From Neovahlkampfia damariscottae (taxonomy: Eukaryota), in contig JABLTG010000133.1 of the NCBI GenBank assembly GCA_016618085.1, forward strand, positions 1 through 56,468: 56,468 bases of DNA, given 5' to 3'. The notes beneath the pieces are model-generated. The model was not told the origin of the DNA and ran no database searches. It worked only from the letters and a program-made list of their open reading frames with translations. Made by a program: the position numbers and the translations under genes. The first letter of the stretch is position 1, and each line of letters begins with the position of its first letter. This document shows, piece by piece, positions 32,496 to 43,227 of this stretch.

Positions 32496-34095
32496 TTATT
32501 TTCTTTTTTTTAATTTGATTTGGAAATTGGTCAACTTTGCTGTGAAAGAATTATAATCATGGATAGTTTCTGGATCAAAGTTATCTGGAAATTGAAATTT
32601 ATATTTCATCATTAACAATACCATGATCAATGGTGCTTCAATCATCGCCAAATTTCTTCCAGCGCAACTAAAATGGTAAAAATGAATGAAATTAATACTC
32701 TCTTGGTCCTAAAGAGAAAGGAAGAAATTGATATTTCACATCTTTCATGTTAATATCATTCCATCTTTCTGGTATGAATTCAGTTGGATTCTTCCAATAT
32801 TTTGGATGATAATGAATCCCAATGATGTTAATAAGAATTCTACTATTCTTAGGGATCATATAACCATATAATTCTTCATCTTTTGTCCCTGTTGATCTAT
32901 TAATAAATGACTCGAAATTTAATTGGTTGTTTTCTTACACCAGGAGGAAACATTCTTAAAGATTCTTTGATACAATTATTCATCAATTGAAGGTTTTCGA
33001 TTTCTTGATATGTAGGTTTGTCTTTGTTTTCAATATTGGTTTGAATTTCATCAAAAAGTTCTTCTTGAAGTTTTGGATTTAGTGCCAATTGATAAACAAG
33101 AAAACTTAAAAGGGAAGTTGACGTTTCATGTCCTGCAACTAAGAAAGTCTAAAATATCAGAAATATTCAAATCATACCATTGATTCATCAAAAATTTCTT
33201 GATCAGTAAATTTCTCTCCATCTTCATCATTTGCATGAATTAGGATTGAAATTAACTCTTTGAACTCTTTTGGTTTCTCTTGTAATTTCTTTTTCTTAAT
33301 GATTTCAAATACAGTTTTATGAATTTCTTTTTTTGCTTTCGTAAATTTTGAAAAAAATGGAAGAGGAAGTTTGGTGAACCATTGTCCAATGGTAACAATT
33401 GTCAACAAAATAGGAGTAAAAGAACCTGATAAATTTTCAAAATTCTGAGCTAGTTCATCAATATTTTCAAGATCAACACCAAAAGCAACAGCTACAATGA
33501 CATACAATGTAATTTGTGAAAGTTGATGATTAAAATTATCGAAAAGTAATTCAGTTTTATCAAAATCATCTAGTTTTTTATTGATTTCAGTGATCATAGC
33601 ATACATCATATTCTTCACATTTGATGGTGAAAAAGCAGGAAGTATTAAATTTCTATGACGTTTCCAAATTTCACCTTCAGTGGCAACTAAACCTTGTCCA
33701 ACTAATGAGTCAAAAACTTGGTTCATAACATAATGTTTTTTCAATTTTTTTGAAAGACATATTTCTTTGACAACAAAAGGATCCACAACTTCAACAACTA
33801 AAAAATGGTAATTTTTTTTTGTTTTACGGTTTTCTTGATAAGTATAGGAAACAATAATCGGTGAGTTTTGTTTATGTGAATTTTTTAAAAAGGTCATTGT
33901 TGTGGATCTATCAAAAAAAGGTAAAGTTGAGCCTAGAATTGGATTATTAAAATCTGTTCTGAAAGGAATTTGTTTTAAGGTTTTTCCATTCAATGTGTTT
34001 GTGAATTCTCTGCTTTTTATCATTCTTCTGATGATTACAAATGAGAAGTAGAGGAGAACGATGAGTGGTACGCACAACAATATCAAAAACATCAT
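32496..34095 (-). CDS. Cytochrome P450
   Basis: N-terminal TM; WKRHR, AGHETS (I-helix), KESLRMFPP (ExxR), PERW, FSLGPR^SCAG heme motif; 3 introns. Confidence 0.95.
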
Positions 34096-34299
34096 TTGGC
34101 CGGAGTATGTTGACCAATCAATAATCGATAATTTTTAAAGAAATTCCTTTTTTTTTTTAAAGAAAATAAAATAATTCATTAAATCCATCAAGAATTAGTT
34201 TTCTCAATTTCCTGAATGAAAAATTGATTCAAAGGAGCTGATATCAGTAAACATCAAAATGAGAGATTCTAATTATTAAACATTTATTATTGAAACTTT

Positions 34300-37200
34300 C
34301 TATTTTTTGTATTGATTTACAACAGAACGCACTTTTCTTGGTTTAATTTTTGACCATGATTTCAACATATCTTTGATATCTCCATTCTTGATCATATCTT
34401 GCATAATTTTTAATTCATCTTCTTCTGACAATTCATCAATAGTTTTATCAACAACCAAATCATTAGTTAAATCTAATAAATTTCCATCTTTATCAATTTT
34501 AATTTCTCCTTTCCATGAGTCATTAAACACATAAAATTGATAACTTTTTGAAATTTCTTCAAGATACTTTGAAGTTCTATCCTTCAAACTTGAAAAGATT
34601 TTTTCTGATTCTTCAAATTGATTTGATTCAAAACAATTAATTCCTTTGTTAAATTTTTCTACATCAATTTCATTTTGATCTTTAGGTAGCATATGAAATA
34701 ATTTCATTGGAATCTCTTTTCCTTTCAAAATATACTTACCAACATATCGATAAGAGTACTGAGATGATTCTGAATTTTGAAGGATAGCATCAGTGACGAT
34801 GAAATTAGCACCTAATGTTTTTGTCAAAGATTCAACTCTAGATGCTGTATTTACTGTATCAGAAATTACAGTTGCATCAATTCTTTCTTCTGCACCAATG
34901 GTTCCGAGCATCACATCACCATAATGAATTCCAATTCCAATTGAAACTGGTTTCTTTCCTTGTCTACATTCTTTATTGTACAATTTTAAGACTTGCTGCA
35001 TTTCATAACCACATTTTATTGAATCATCAACATTGTAAGGAAATAATGCCATAATACAATCACCAAAGAATTTATCAATAAATCCATGATGCTTTGAAAT
35101 GATTGGAGCAAGATATGATAATATTTGATTAACAAATGAAAATGATTCTTCAGGGTTCATTTTTTCTGTGATGTTTGTAAATGAACGAATATCTGAAAAA
35201 AGGATACATATCTTTTTTGTTGAAGCATCTCCAATTTTTATATTTCTAACATCCCCCTTTCCAATTTGTTTTAAAAACTCTTTTGGTAAAAATCTTTCAT
35301 AGGCAAAATTTAAACTATTAACATCATCGTATAATTTTGCATTTTCAAAAGATATTGCTAATTGAGTTGAAACATGTTCCAAAATTTCTTTTCTTTTTTC
35401 ATCAAAGATACCATCTAATGTTCTATTTTCTAGATAAATTGTTCCAATATATTTCTTCCCTTTGAAGATTGGATGAACACAAATGGATTTAATTTCTTCC
35501 CGTTGTAGGTATCCATTGTCAGAATATTCTGAAGACTGAACATCAGATATGATTATTGTCTTCTTTAATGACTTTGCCAAAGTAAATAAGAATGAACAAT
35601 ATATCTCATTCTCTTGGAATTCTTGAATCATTTTATGAACCAATGAAACTTTCCCATCTTGAAATGATGATTCAAGAAACTCACCTTTAGATTCAAATAG
35701 AAACAAATGAGCACTTTCTGCTCCTGTATTCTCTATAATGATTGACATTACTTTTGAAATCAAGTTTGAGATTGTTAATTCAACTGAAAGAGCTTGTGAT
35801 GCTTTGATGATACTCATCATGTCTAAAGACTCATTTCCATAAGAATGTGTTGAAACTGTTGAATCATATGTTGATGTTGTGGTTGAAAATGTTGAATTGA
35901 TTGAACTTGGTTTTCTATGAGATGTTCCAAGGTATTTAGAGAATTTCTTTTTGAATTGATCAACTTTTGTTTTTGCTGATAATCCATTCCAAATTCTTAA
36001 AGTATTATGAAAATACATTCGACAGACAGTACTTTGAAATCTATTTTGATCACAAAATTCGAGAAGAATCTCAGATGTAACAGCTGCTAATATTGGTAAA
36101 CCAAATCTTGTCGCTGTTTCGACAATCTCTTCAAGTTCATTGGCAATGGTCATGATATCTGTTGTTTGGGTTGATTCAAAATAAACTAACATCAACTTGA
36201 AACGTGGTCCCAACAAACTTGGTGCAATATCAGCAAATACTTTATACTCTTCTAAATAATCTTGAATTCTATCAAAAAATTTTTGTTCTCCAGTTTTTTT
36301 GTAGAAGTGAGTCAATGTTAAACAATGATAGAATTTCATTTCATAGTAATCATCAAGTCCTTGCTCATTGTCTACTAAAGGTTCGGAAATTTCAAAACAT
36401 TTCAAAGCTTCATCATAAGACCCTTTTAAATAGTGAAGCATTCCTTCCATCGTTGGTATGAATGTATCAAGACATTTTTCAGATCTTGCTGTTGATAGTG
36501 AGAATTGAGGATTGATATTTGATACTCCAGCTAAATCAGAAACAAATTGAATCATAATTTCCAAGAAGTCTGCATAAAGATAATTTTTCACTTGCAACAA
36601 CCAATTTTGACGTTTTTTCAATTTAGGCAAAATAGAATAGAAATTGTCTCCATTGATTACCCAAGACATTGACAAGTGTGTCATACAATAAGATCCATAT
36701 AAATAATCACCCATATTCACACCATTTTTCATTCCTGTATCTAAATGATATCTACCTTGTTTCAAATTTCCTCCACAGAAATATCCAAGTCCAAGCATAA
36801 ATTGAACAGCAACAATATTATAATTTCGGTTTTTATCTCTTGAAAAAAGTTTTTCTGTGGCAAGGGTCAATTGATATCCATCTGTTTCTTTGAAGAAAAA
36901 TGAGTAAATCCAACCAACTAATGCTAATCCATAAGATGCATTTTGTGTCAATCCTTCAGTTAAACATAAATATAAAGCTACCAATGCATCAGTGATTAAC
37001 ATCAAAGGACTTGCTGATGCAGCCATAAAAATAACATCAACTGAAGCAAACATCAAACCTAACATAAGTTCAATTTCTTTATCATTGCATGTTTTTAAAT
37101 TTAAAATATTTTTCATTCCTCCAATTTGTTTCACTTCTTTATCGATTTTCTTTTTCAAATCCATTGTCCATTGAAAAACAGAATCTTCATCATCAAAAGG

Positions 37201-39741
37201 GATGTCTTTTGTTAAATCAAACATTTTGAATGTCTTAACAAAAAGAGCATATGCTTTATCATATTGATGCGACAGGGAGGCCATTTTCATATAATTTGAA
37301 TATACAGTTAATTGATCAATTCTTCCTTCAACCTTTTCTAAAAGAATTTGGTATTGTTCTTCGGATTCTTTTAACATTGAGTTTGCATAACAAGCATCTG
37401 CATGAACAGAATGAGTTTCAAAAGCAAGAATATAATCACTTTCCCATGAATTCTTTGACAATAGCTCTAAAGCATTTGTTGAAAATGTCAAAGATCCAGA
37501 AAAAGCACTATTTTCCAATGCTTTCTTTGCTGCCAATAAATTTAATTTCAAAAGTAGAAGTTTGTCTGTATAAATTGATTTTGCTAAATTTAAATGATGA
37601 ATGATTTTGAAAATGTTCTTGTCAACTGTATTTCTTGAGTCATATTTTTCAAAAAGTGCCATTCCAATAATCAAATGGTTTTTTTCACCTTCATTTTGAA
37701 ATAATTCATAAGATGCTTGTTGTAATCTATCATGAAAAAATTGATATTCATTTGAGTTTATTTGATGTATCCAACCCTCTTTGACGGGTTCTATCAATTC
37801 AATTGATACTGATGTTTCTTCATCCCATATTAATTTTAGTTCATCCTTTTTGAAAGTGTTTCCAATACAAGCAGCTCGATTCAATAATTTTTGCATTTTT
37901 TTTGATTCTTTTTTTAAGTTTTCAATCATAAAATCAAGTACATTTGAGCTGAAATTCATCTTTTCTACTTGTTCAACATCCCAATTCCAAGCTCCTTTTT
38001 CAAATGTAATTAATTCTTCTTGATACAGAGTATCAATAAATTCTCTTGAGAAAAATGGATTTCCCAAAGTTTTCTTATGAATAAGTTCACTGAGTTTCAT
38101 CGATTTTTCTTCTGATGTTAGCAATGTATGTGAAACCATTTCGTTCAAATGTGTTAATTTTAGAGGTTCAAGATTTATGATTGAAATTGTTTTTGAATCA
38201 TTAAGTATCGAAGAAAGTGGGTGATTTTCACCAACTTCATTATTTCTATACGCACCAATAACAAAAATACTCTTTTGTTTCATTAATAATAATTTTTCTA
38301 AAAATTGAAATGAAGCCGCATCTGCCCATTGTAAATCATCTATCACCAATACCAAAGTTTTATCACTTGAAAAACATCTGAAATAACCGAATATTGATTC
38401 AAATAATCTTTCTTGTGTTTCTTTAATTGTGTTTAAAGGTTCAGGTATTTTTTGTGGTCCAATTAAAATCTCAACTTCTGGAACAATTGAACATAAAACA
38501 CCTCCTAATTCTTGTGATAATTCATGTTTTAATAATTCACAGATTTTCTTTTTGATTTCATCACTTTCAGAAACAACTTTGGTAACTAATGATTTCATCA
38601 TACTGTCAAATAAATTTAAAAAATATGAATGTTTCAAATACCTTATAAATGCAGAATAAGGTGTTAATCTGTCAAATTGGTCAAATTTTCCATAAGCCAT
38701 CAATAATTTTAACTCTTGATCTTTGATTAATTCTTCAACTAATTTTGACTTTCCCATTCCTGATACACCTGAAATAAATGATCCATTACCTGAGTTTATT
38801 TTCATTATTTGTTCTTTTAAAAGGTTTAATTCATCTTTTCTTCCGTATAGCTTATTTGGGATTTGAAATTCTTGAATATCATTTTTACCAACTTGGAACT
38901 GTTTTGGAAGTGATCCTATATTTTTTTGAATATATTCTAAATCATTAAGGACGCCTAGAGTGGATTTATATCTTTCTGAAGGATTTTTTGCGCACATTTT
39001 TTCAATCAAGTTGTTGAAAATATTTGGTAAACTTTTGACAGGGGGTACTTTTTTTGTAATATGAGCATGAACTAAAGCAAGAAGATCTCCTGTAAAAGGT
39101 TTTTCACCGGTAAGCAGTTCATAAAATGAAATTCCAAGTGAGTAAATGTCACTTCTAAAATCAACATTTTTACTTATTCTTCCCGTGGACTCCGGACTCA
39201 TGTAATCAAAAGTTCCAGTTGGTGAAGCACATGGAATTGAAGGTGATTTTCTTGAAACCATAGCGCTAATCCCAAAATCAATGAGCTTGACTCTGTCTCC
39301 TTTTGAATTCAAAACAAAATTTGCCAGTTTTATGTCTCTATGAACAACTTGTTTCAAATGAGCAAAATGAAGCGATTTGGTCATCTCTATAGCTATCATT
39401 AAAAATTCTTGTGGATCCAGTTTGACTTTTTTTTCAAGGTACACTTGTAAACCTTCACCATCTATTTTTTCAATCAAAAATATGGCTCCATTCTGTTGTT
39501 CAAGCATTTCTACCATATCTACAAAATGTTCTGGATGGGCTTCAAATAGCATTTTTGTATATTGATAATCTTTTTTGAAAGATTCTATCAAAGAAAACGA
39601 AGGGAAGTTTTCGGCAGGTTTTTTAACCAAAATGTTTTCATTTGTGTTTGTCAGAACTCCTTTTTGTATTATAGTTTTAGTGGAAACAAAAAGAAAGTCA
39701 CCAAACACATAGGTGTTTGTTTTATCTGTTTTGTCTGTCAT
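34300..39741 (-). CDS. Multidomain Ser/Thr kinase - AAA/STAND ATPase - helical repeats - GAF - class III adenylate cyclase
   Basis: HRDIK, DFG, YMSPE; GVSGMGKS, IDDLQWAD, GNPFF, FFHDRLQQ; GAF (IYLEN...QLAISFENA); FSDIRSFT, DKFFGDC, DTVNTASRVE. Confidence 0.92.
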   Translation of the reverse strand: MTDKTDKTNTYVFGDFLFVSTKTIIQKGVLTNTNENILVKKPAENFPSFSLIESFKKDYQYTKMLFEAHPEHFVDMVEMLEQQNGAIFLIEKIDGEGLQVYLEKKVKLDPQEFLMIAIEMTKSLHFAHLKQVVHRDIKLANFVLNSKGDRVKLIDFGISAMVSRKSPSIPCASPTGTFDYMSPESTGRISKNVDFRSDIYSLGISFYELLTGEKPFTGDLLALVHAHITKKVPPVKSLPNIFNNLIEKMCAKNPSERYKSTLGVLNDLEYIQKNIGSLPKQFQVGKNDIQEFQIPNKLYGRKDELNLLKEQIMKINSGNGSFISGVSGMGKSKLVEELIKDQELKLLMAYGKFDQFDRLTPYSAFIRYLKHSYFLNLFDSMMKSLVTKVVSESDEIKKKICELLKHELSQELGGVLCSIVPEVEILIGPQKIPEPLNTIKETQERLFESIFGYFRCFSSDKTLVLVIDDLQWADAASFQFLEKLLLMKQKSIFVIGAYRNNEVGENHPLSSILNDSKTISIINLEPLKLTHLNEMVSHTLLTSEEKSMKLSELIHKKTLGNPFFSREFIDTLYQEELITFEKGAWNWDVEQVEKMNFSSNVLDFMIENLKKESKKMQKLLNRAACIGNTFKKDELKLIWDEETSVSIELIEPVKEGWIHQINSNEYQFFHDRLQQASYELFQNEGEKNHLIIGMALFEKYDSRNTVDKNIFKIIHHLNLAKSIYTDKLLLLKLNLLAAKKALENSAFSGSLTFSTNALELLSKNSWESDYILAFETHSVHADACYANSMLKESEEQYQILLEKVEGRIDQLTVYSNYMKMASLSHQYDKAYALFVKTFKMFDLTKDIPFDDEDSVFQWTMDLKKKIDKEVKQIGGMKNILNLKTCNDKEIELMLGLMFASVDVIFMAASASPLMLITDALVALYLCLTEGLTQNASYGLALVGWIYSFFFKETDGYQLTLATEKLFSRDKNRNYNIVAVQFMLGLGYFCGGNLKQGRYHLDTGMKNGVNMGDYLYGSYCMTHLSMSWVINGDNFYSILPKLKKRQNWLLQVKNYLYADFLEIMIQFVSDLAGVSNINPQFSLSTARSEKCLDTFIPTMEGMLHYLKGSYDEALKCFEISEPLVDNEQGLDDYYEMKFYHCLTLTHFYKKTGEQKFFDRIQDYLEEYKVFADIAPSLLGPRFKLMLVYFESTQTTDIMTIANELEEIVETATRFGLPILAAVTSEILLEFCDQNRFQSTVCRMYFHNTLRIWNGLSAKTKVDQFKKKFSKYLGTSHRKPSSINSTFSTTTSTYDSTVSTHSYGNESLDMMSIIKASQALSVELTISNLISKVMSIIIENTGAESAHLFLFESKGEFLESSFQDGKVSLVHKMIQEFQENEIYCSFLFTLAKSLKKTIIISDVQSSEYSDNGYLQREEIKSICVHPIFKGKKYIGTIYLENRTLDGIFDEKRKEILEHVSTQLAISFENAKLYDDVNSLNFAYERFLPKEFLKQIGKGDVRNIKIGDASTKKICILFSDIRSFTNITEKMNPEESFSFVNQILSYLAPIISKHHGFIDKFFGDCIMALFPYNVDDSIKCGYEMQQVLKLYNKECRQGKKPVSIGIGIHYGDVMLGTIGAEERIDATVISDTVNTASRVESLTKTLGANFIVTDAILQNSESSQYSYRYVGKYILKGKEIPMKLFHMLPKDQNEIDVEKFNKGINCFESNQFEESEKIFSSLKDRTSKYLEEISKSYQFYVFNDSWKGEIKIDKDGNLLDLTNDLVVDKTIDELSEEDELKIMQDMIKNGDIKDMLKSWSKIKPRKVRSVVNQYKK

Positions 39742-39849
39742 GAGGTGCTGATTGGTGGAAAAAATTCCGAAAGAATGGAAGTTTTGATTTGTTGAACAAT
39801 ATTTCTTATTTGGAATTGTAAAACAATAAAAAATAAAAAATTCATCATT

Positions 39850-42204
39850 TTAATTATTGATATATTTCTCGTTCACATACCATTCATCATTTTTTTCAAT
39901 CCTTTCTTGATTAATTTCATCAAGAATAAGACTTAATTTATATGGAGAAGCAATTTGCAATGATTTTCCATCAATATAAGTTTCTTTCATAAACTTTGAT
40001 GTGGTTTCAATTTTCTTTTCAATATCAGAATTTGATTCATTTAAAAAGAATAAATGTGAATTGGTTTGATAAATTTTATCCTTCATTTCTGGATTTTCTA
40101 ATTTCTTTTGTAATTTATCAGTCAATGAATTCTGATGAACCGAAGAAGCAACAAAATTTGGTATCGTCATTAATGTAACATTGACAACATCTTTCACTTC
40201 TTTAGGAATGAATTGACCAAATGTTTCTTCAAGAATACCAGGTTTTTTACCAACATGATTTAAAACAGACATGTCTGAGTTTAAATTATAATTTAATTTT
40301 TCTGTAAATCTCAAAGCATATGATGTACAGTTTGATCTTGTCATATGATAAATAACATCTTGATCACGAACATGACAGAGATTTTCAATGAGATATCTAC
40401 CAAATTCTTCTCTTGATAGTTTAAATTTACATTCTACAATTTCTCCTCCTGGTGAACAATAAAATTCTGATTGGGTAAAATTAAAAAAAAAATCGAGTTT
40501 ACCATTTTGATCCAATTCTTTGAAGTTTGCAACTTGCATGTCTTTTATGCTGTAGTGTTCCCATAAAGCACCAAAACTGAAGATGTATCCTTCTTCAGAG
40601 ACTAATTGAATCCATGAATGATCTCCACGGTTTCTAACATGTTTGTTGATAGATCTTTCAACTTTAACGTTTAAATAGTTAATTTTTGGAGCTCTATTTA
40701 AAATTTTTAAAACTATAATTCCATTTTTCACAAAATCATCCAATTCACCAGTTTTTGTCACATCTAATTTTTCAAGTTCGATCTTCTTCAAATTTGGTTT
40801 GATTTGAATTCCTAAATGAGTATATAACGCATTTTGAAGAACTAAATTTTCATCCACGACAACAAATTTTTCAAAATCATCTTCCTTTGCTTCTGATTTC
40901 AATTTCAAAAATTTTTCAAATGAGTTCCAGTCATACAATTTCCCATTGAACAATAACTGAATATTTTTTTGATCAAATTTATGCTCATAATAAAGTATCA
41001 TTTTATGAAGAAAATTATTTTCAAGAAATTGATAAAATTTTGGTTCTTGAATAAAATCTAATTCTGATAATCCTAATTTCTTCGCATATTTTGTTCTTTT
41101 GCCTGTCAAAACATTTTGATAAACATTATTCCATTGTTTATTTACAGTCATAACGACACCAGTATCTTCCAAAGGAACAAATGAAAAGATGATTGACAAT
41201 TCATCTGATGTTAAATTTTTGTGTGAATATTGAGGGAATAGTTTGTTTCGAATATGAAATTCATTGATTCCTTTCTCTGTAAAATTTTTGTAAATTTTTT
41301 TGTTAGAGTCAGAAATTTCATCTGAATTTATGTTGGATTTGAAATTCAATGAAGAATCAACGCCAAGTGATAAAAACATTTTAGCGTCTGCACCAGACCC
41401 TGAAAAGCATGAATAAATCGGAACTTTCTTATTTCCAATGCACTGAAGGATTTGATTGATGATATAAGTTTTTGAATCTTCCGCATTCATTGAAGGAGCA
41501 AAAGTAGAGTTTGGAGGCATCAAAATAGGGCCATTTGGATAGTTATAATCCTTTAAAAAACTTGAATTTTCTGAATATTTTGATAGAGGCTTCAGTGAAA
41601 GATAAATAATTTTATAACCTTGAAGGTGAGAAATATCATTAAAGAATTTTGAAGCACCATTTTTTTCTTCTTTTTTTAATAAATTTTCATTGATTATTGA
41701 AGTGTCCATATCGATAACAATGAATTTTTCAGCTTTTTTCCACAAGAAAACATCACAGTTAATTCTTATATCATCTACCATGAAACAAAAGTCATTACAG
41801 CCAAATTTCATCATTTTTCTCATTTCTCCGAAAGTACAGTTTGAAGGTGTTTTATATTTAGTTTTTAAAATTTGTTCGTCTTCTGTTAATTCTTCACTAC
41901 TGCTGAATAAATCGGTTAAGGATTTTCTTTTTTTTTTTTTATGAATTTGTGACAATTTCACTTGTTCAATAGTTTTGAAAACAAGTGCACCTGTTTCATC
42001 TAATTCTAATTTATTGTTTTTGGTTGTGAAATTTTTTCCATTGATCGAAAGAGAAACTGATTTTCCTAACGTCGATTGAAGATAGTCTCTCCAACCAACA
42101 CGAATTTGAAAATAAGTTGAAGATAAACCTTTCCTTGATTCAATCACTACAACATCGCAGCAAGTTGTAGTTGCTCCTCTTAATTTACTTTCATCTGAAC
42201 TCAT
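39850..42204 (-). CDS. Lipin-like (N-LIP + LNS2/HAD) - F-box - permuted papain-like domain fusion
   Basis: CCDVVVIE...STYFQIRVG (N-LIP); VFLWK..KFIVIDMDTS, GYKIIYLS, YPNGPILM (LNS2); LTSDELSIIFSFV...VNKQW (F-box); DHSWIQL...FSFG...SNCTSY. Confidence 0.65.
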   Translation of the reverse strand: MSSDESKLRGATTTCCDVVVIESRKGLSSTYFQIRVGWRDYLQSTLGKSVSLSINGKNFTTKNNKLELDETGALVFKTIEQVKLSQIHKKKKRKSLTDLFSSSEELTEDEQILKTKYKTPSNCTFGEMRKMMKFGCNDFCFMVDDIRINCDVFLWKKAEKFIVIDMDTSIINENLLKKEEKNGASKFFNDISHLQGYKIIYLSLKPLSKYSENSSFLKDYNYPNGPILMPPNSTFAPSMNAEDSKTYIINQILQCIGNKKVPIYSCFSGSGADAKMFLSLGVDSSLNFKSNINSDEISDSNKKIYKNFTEKGINEFHIRNKLFPQYSHKNLTSDELSIIFSFVPLEDTGVVMTVNKQWNNVYQNVLTGKRTKYAKKLGLSELDFIQEPKFYQFLENNFLHKMILYYEHKFDQKNIQLLFNGKLYDWNSFEKFLKLKSEAKEDDFEKFVVVDENLVLQNALYTHLGIQIKPNLKKIELEKLDVTKTGELDDFVKNGIIVLKILNRAPKINYLNVKVERSINKHVRNRGDHSWIQLVSEEGYIFSFGALWEHYSIKDMQVANFKELDQNGKLDFFFNFTQSEFYCSPGGEIVECKFKLSREEFGRYLIENLCHVRDQDVIYHMTRSNCTSYALRFTEKLNYNLNSDMSVLNHVGKKPGILEETFGQFIPKEVKDVVNVTLMTIPNFVASSVHQNSLTDKLQKKLENPEMKDKIYQTNSHLFFLNESNSDIEKKIETTSKFMKETYIDGKSLQIASPYKLSLILDEINQERIEKNDEWYVNEKYINN

Positions 42205-42253
42205 TTGTTGTTTATGATTGGCGGAAATAATAAATGAAAGAAAAGTTTTATAA

Positions 42254-43153
42254 CTATAGCTTGTGTTCAACAATAAATACATTTGAGTATAAATTCGCTA
42301 AATACTGTCTTCCATTTGTTGTTGTTTTCAAGTAAGAAATACAATCTTGAACATATGGATAGACACCTTTCCAAAAAAATGTTGGGTATCCTTTTTGCAA
42401 ATCTTCAGGTGTCTTCCACATTTCAAAGTGTCCTGTTTCTTTAAATTCATAAAATAAAGCTAAAAATAAAATTAAAATATTTGAATTTCTTTACCTGGAA
42501 TTTTTTGCAAATATCTTGGATCAGACATTTGTCCCAATAAATCAGCACCTCTAACTACACCTGGGAATCCCTTTGTATCTTTGTGATCATCATCATTTGG
42601 AACTGGAAATCTTGTTAATTCAATATTTTGTTGAATGATTCTGTAATCAATAATTGGATGATTTTCAAATCTTTGTTTAACAAATGCTTTACCTCTATCA
42701 ACATGATATTTTGTTAATCCGGCATCAGTTGATCCTGAAGGGACCTCAAATGTTTCATCTTTTTTTCCAGTTGAATAAATATTTTTCAGAGGTTCATCAT
42801 ATTTGCAAATACCTTTGATATAACCTATATCATGACAAAGTAAAGAGATTGTACAGTGCAACCAATCAAGAGGAGAAATATTTCCTTCTTTGATATGTTT
42901 TCCTCTCAAAATTTCTTGTCCTACTAATGTTACAAATGTTGTATGCTCCATATTGTGATATAATGCATCAGAAAGAGAAATAGTTTCACTATTACATTTT
43001 TAATTTTTTTTTTTTTTACAGTGCGAGTTGTACTGACCATGTAATTATTTCTGCATATTCTGGCTTCAAAGAACCAAAAGTTTTTTTATAAGTTGCAAAT
43101 AATTTAGCTGATAATCTGTCAATTAGAAGTTCTGTGATGTTTATTTGGTCCAT
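42254..43153 (-). CDS. Bacterial-like HD-domain metal-dependent phosphohydrolase
   Basis: SDALYHNMEHT..VTLVGQEILRGKHI, HDIGY, HVDRG, ADLLGQMSDPRYL; 2 spliceosomal introns. Confidence 0.85.
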
Positions 43154-43227
43154 AAATTCTTTTTGATTGGTTGATGATTAAACTCTTTTTCTAATTTTGG
43201 TGTTGAATTTTTCCTAAAAAATAAATT

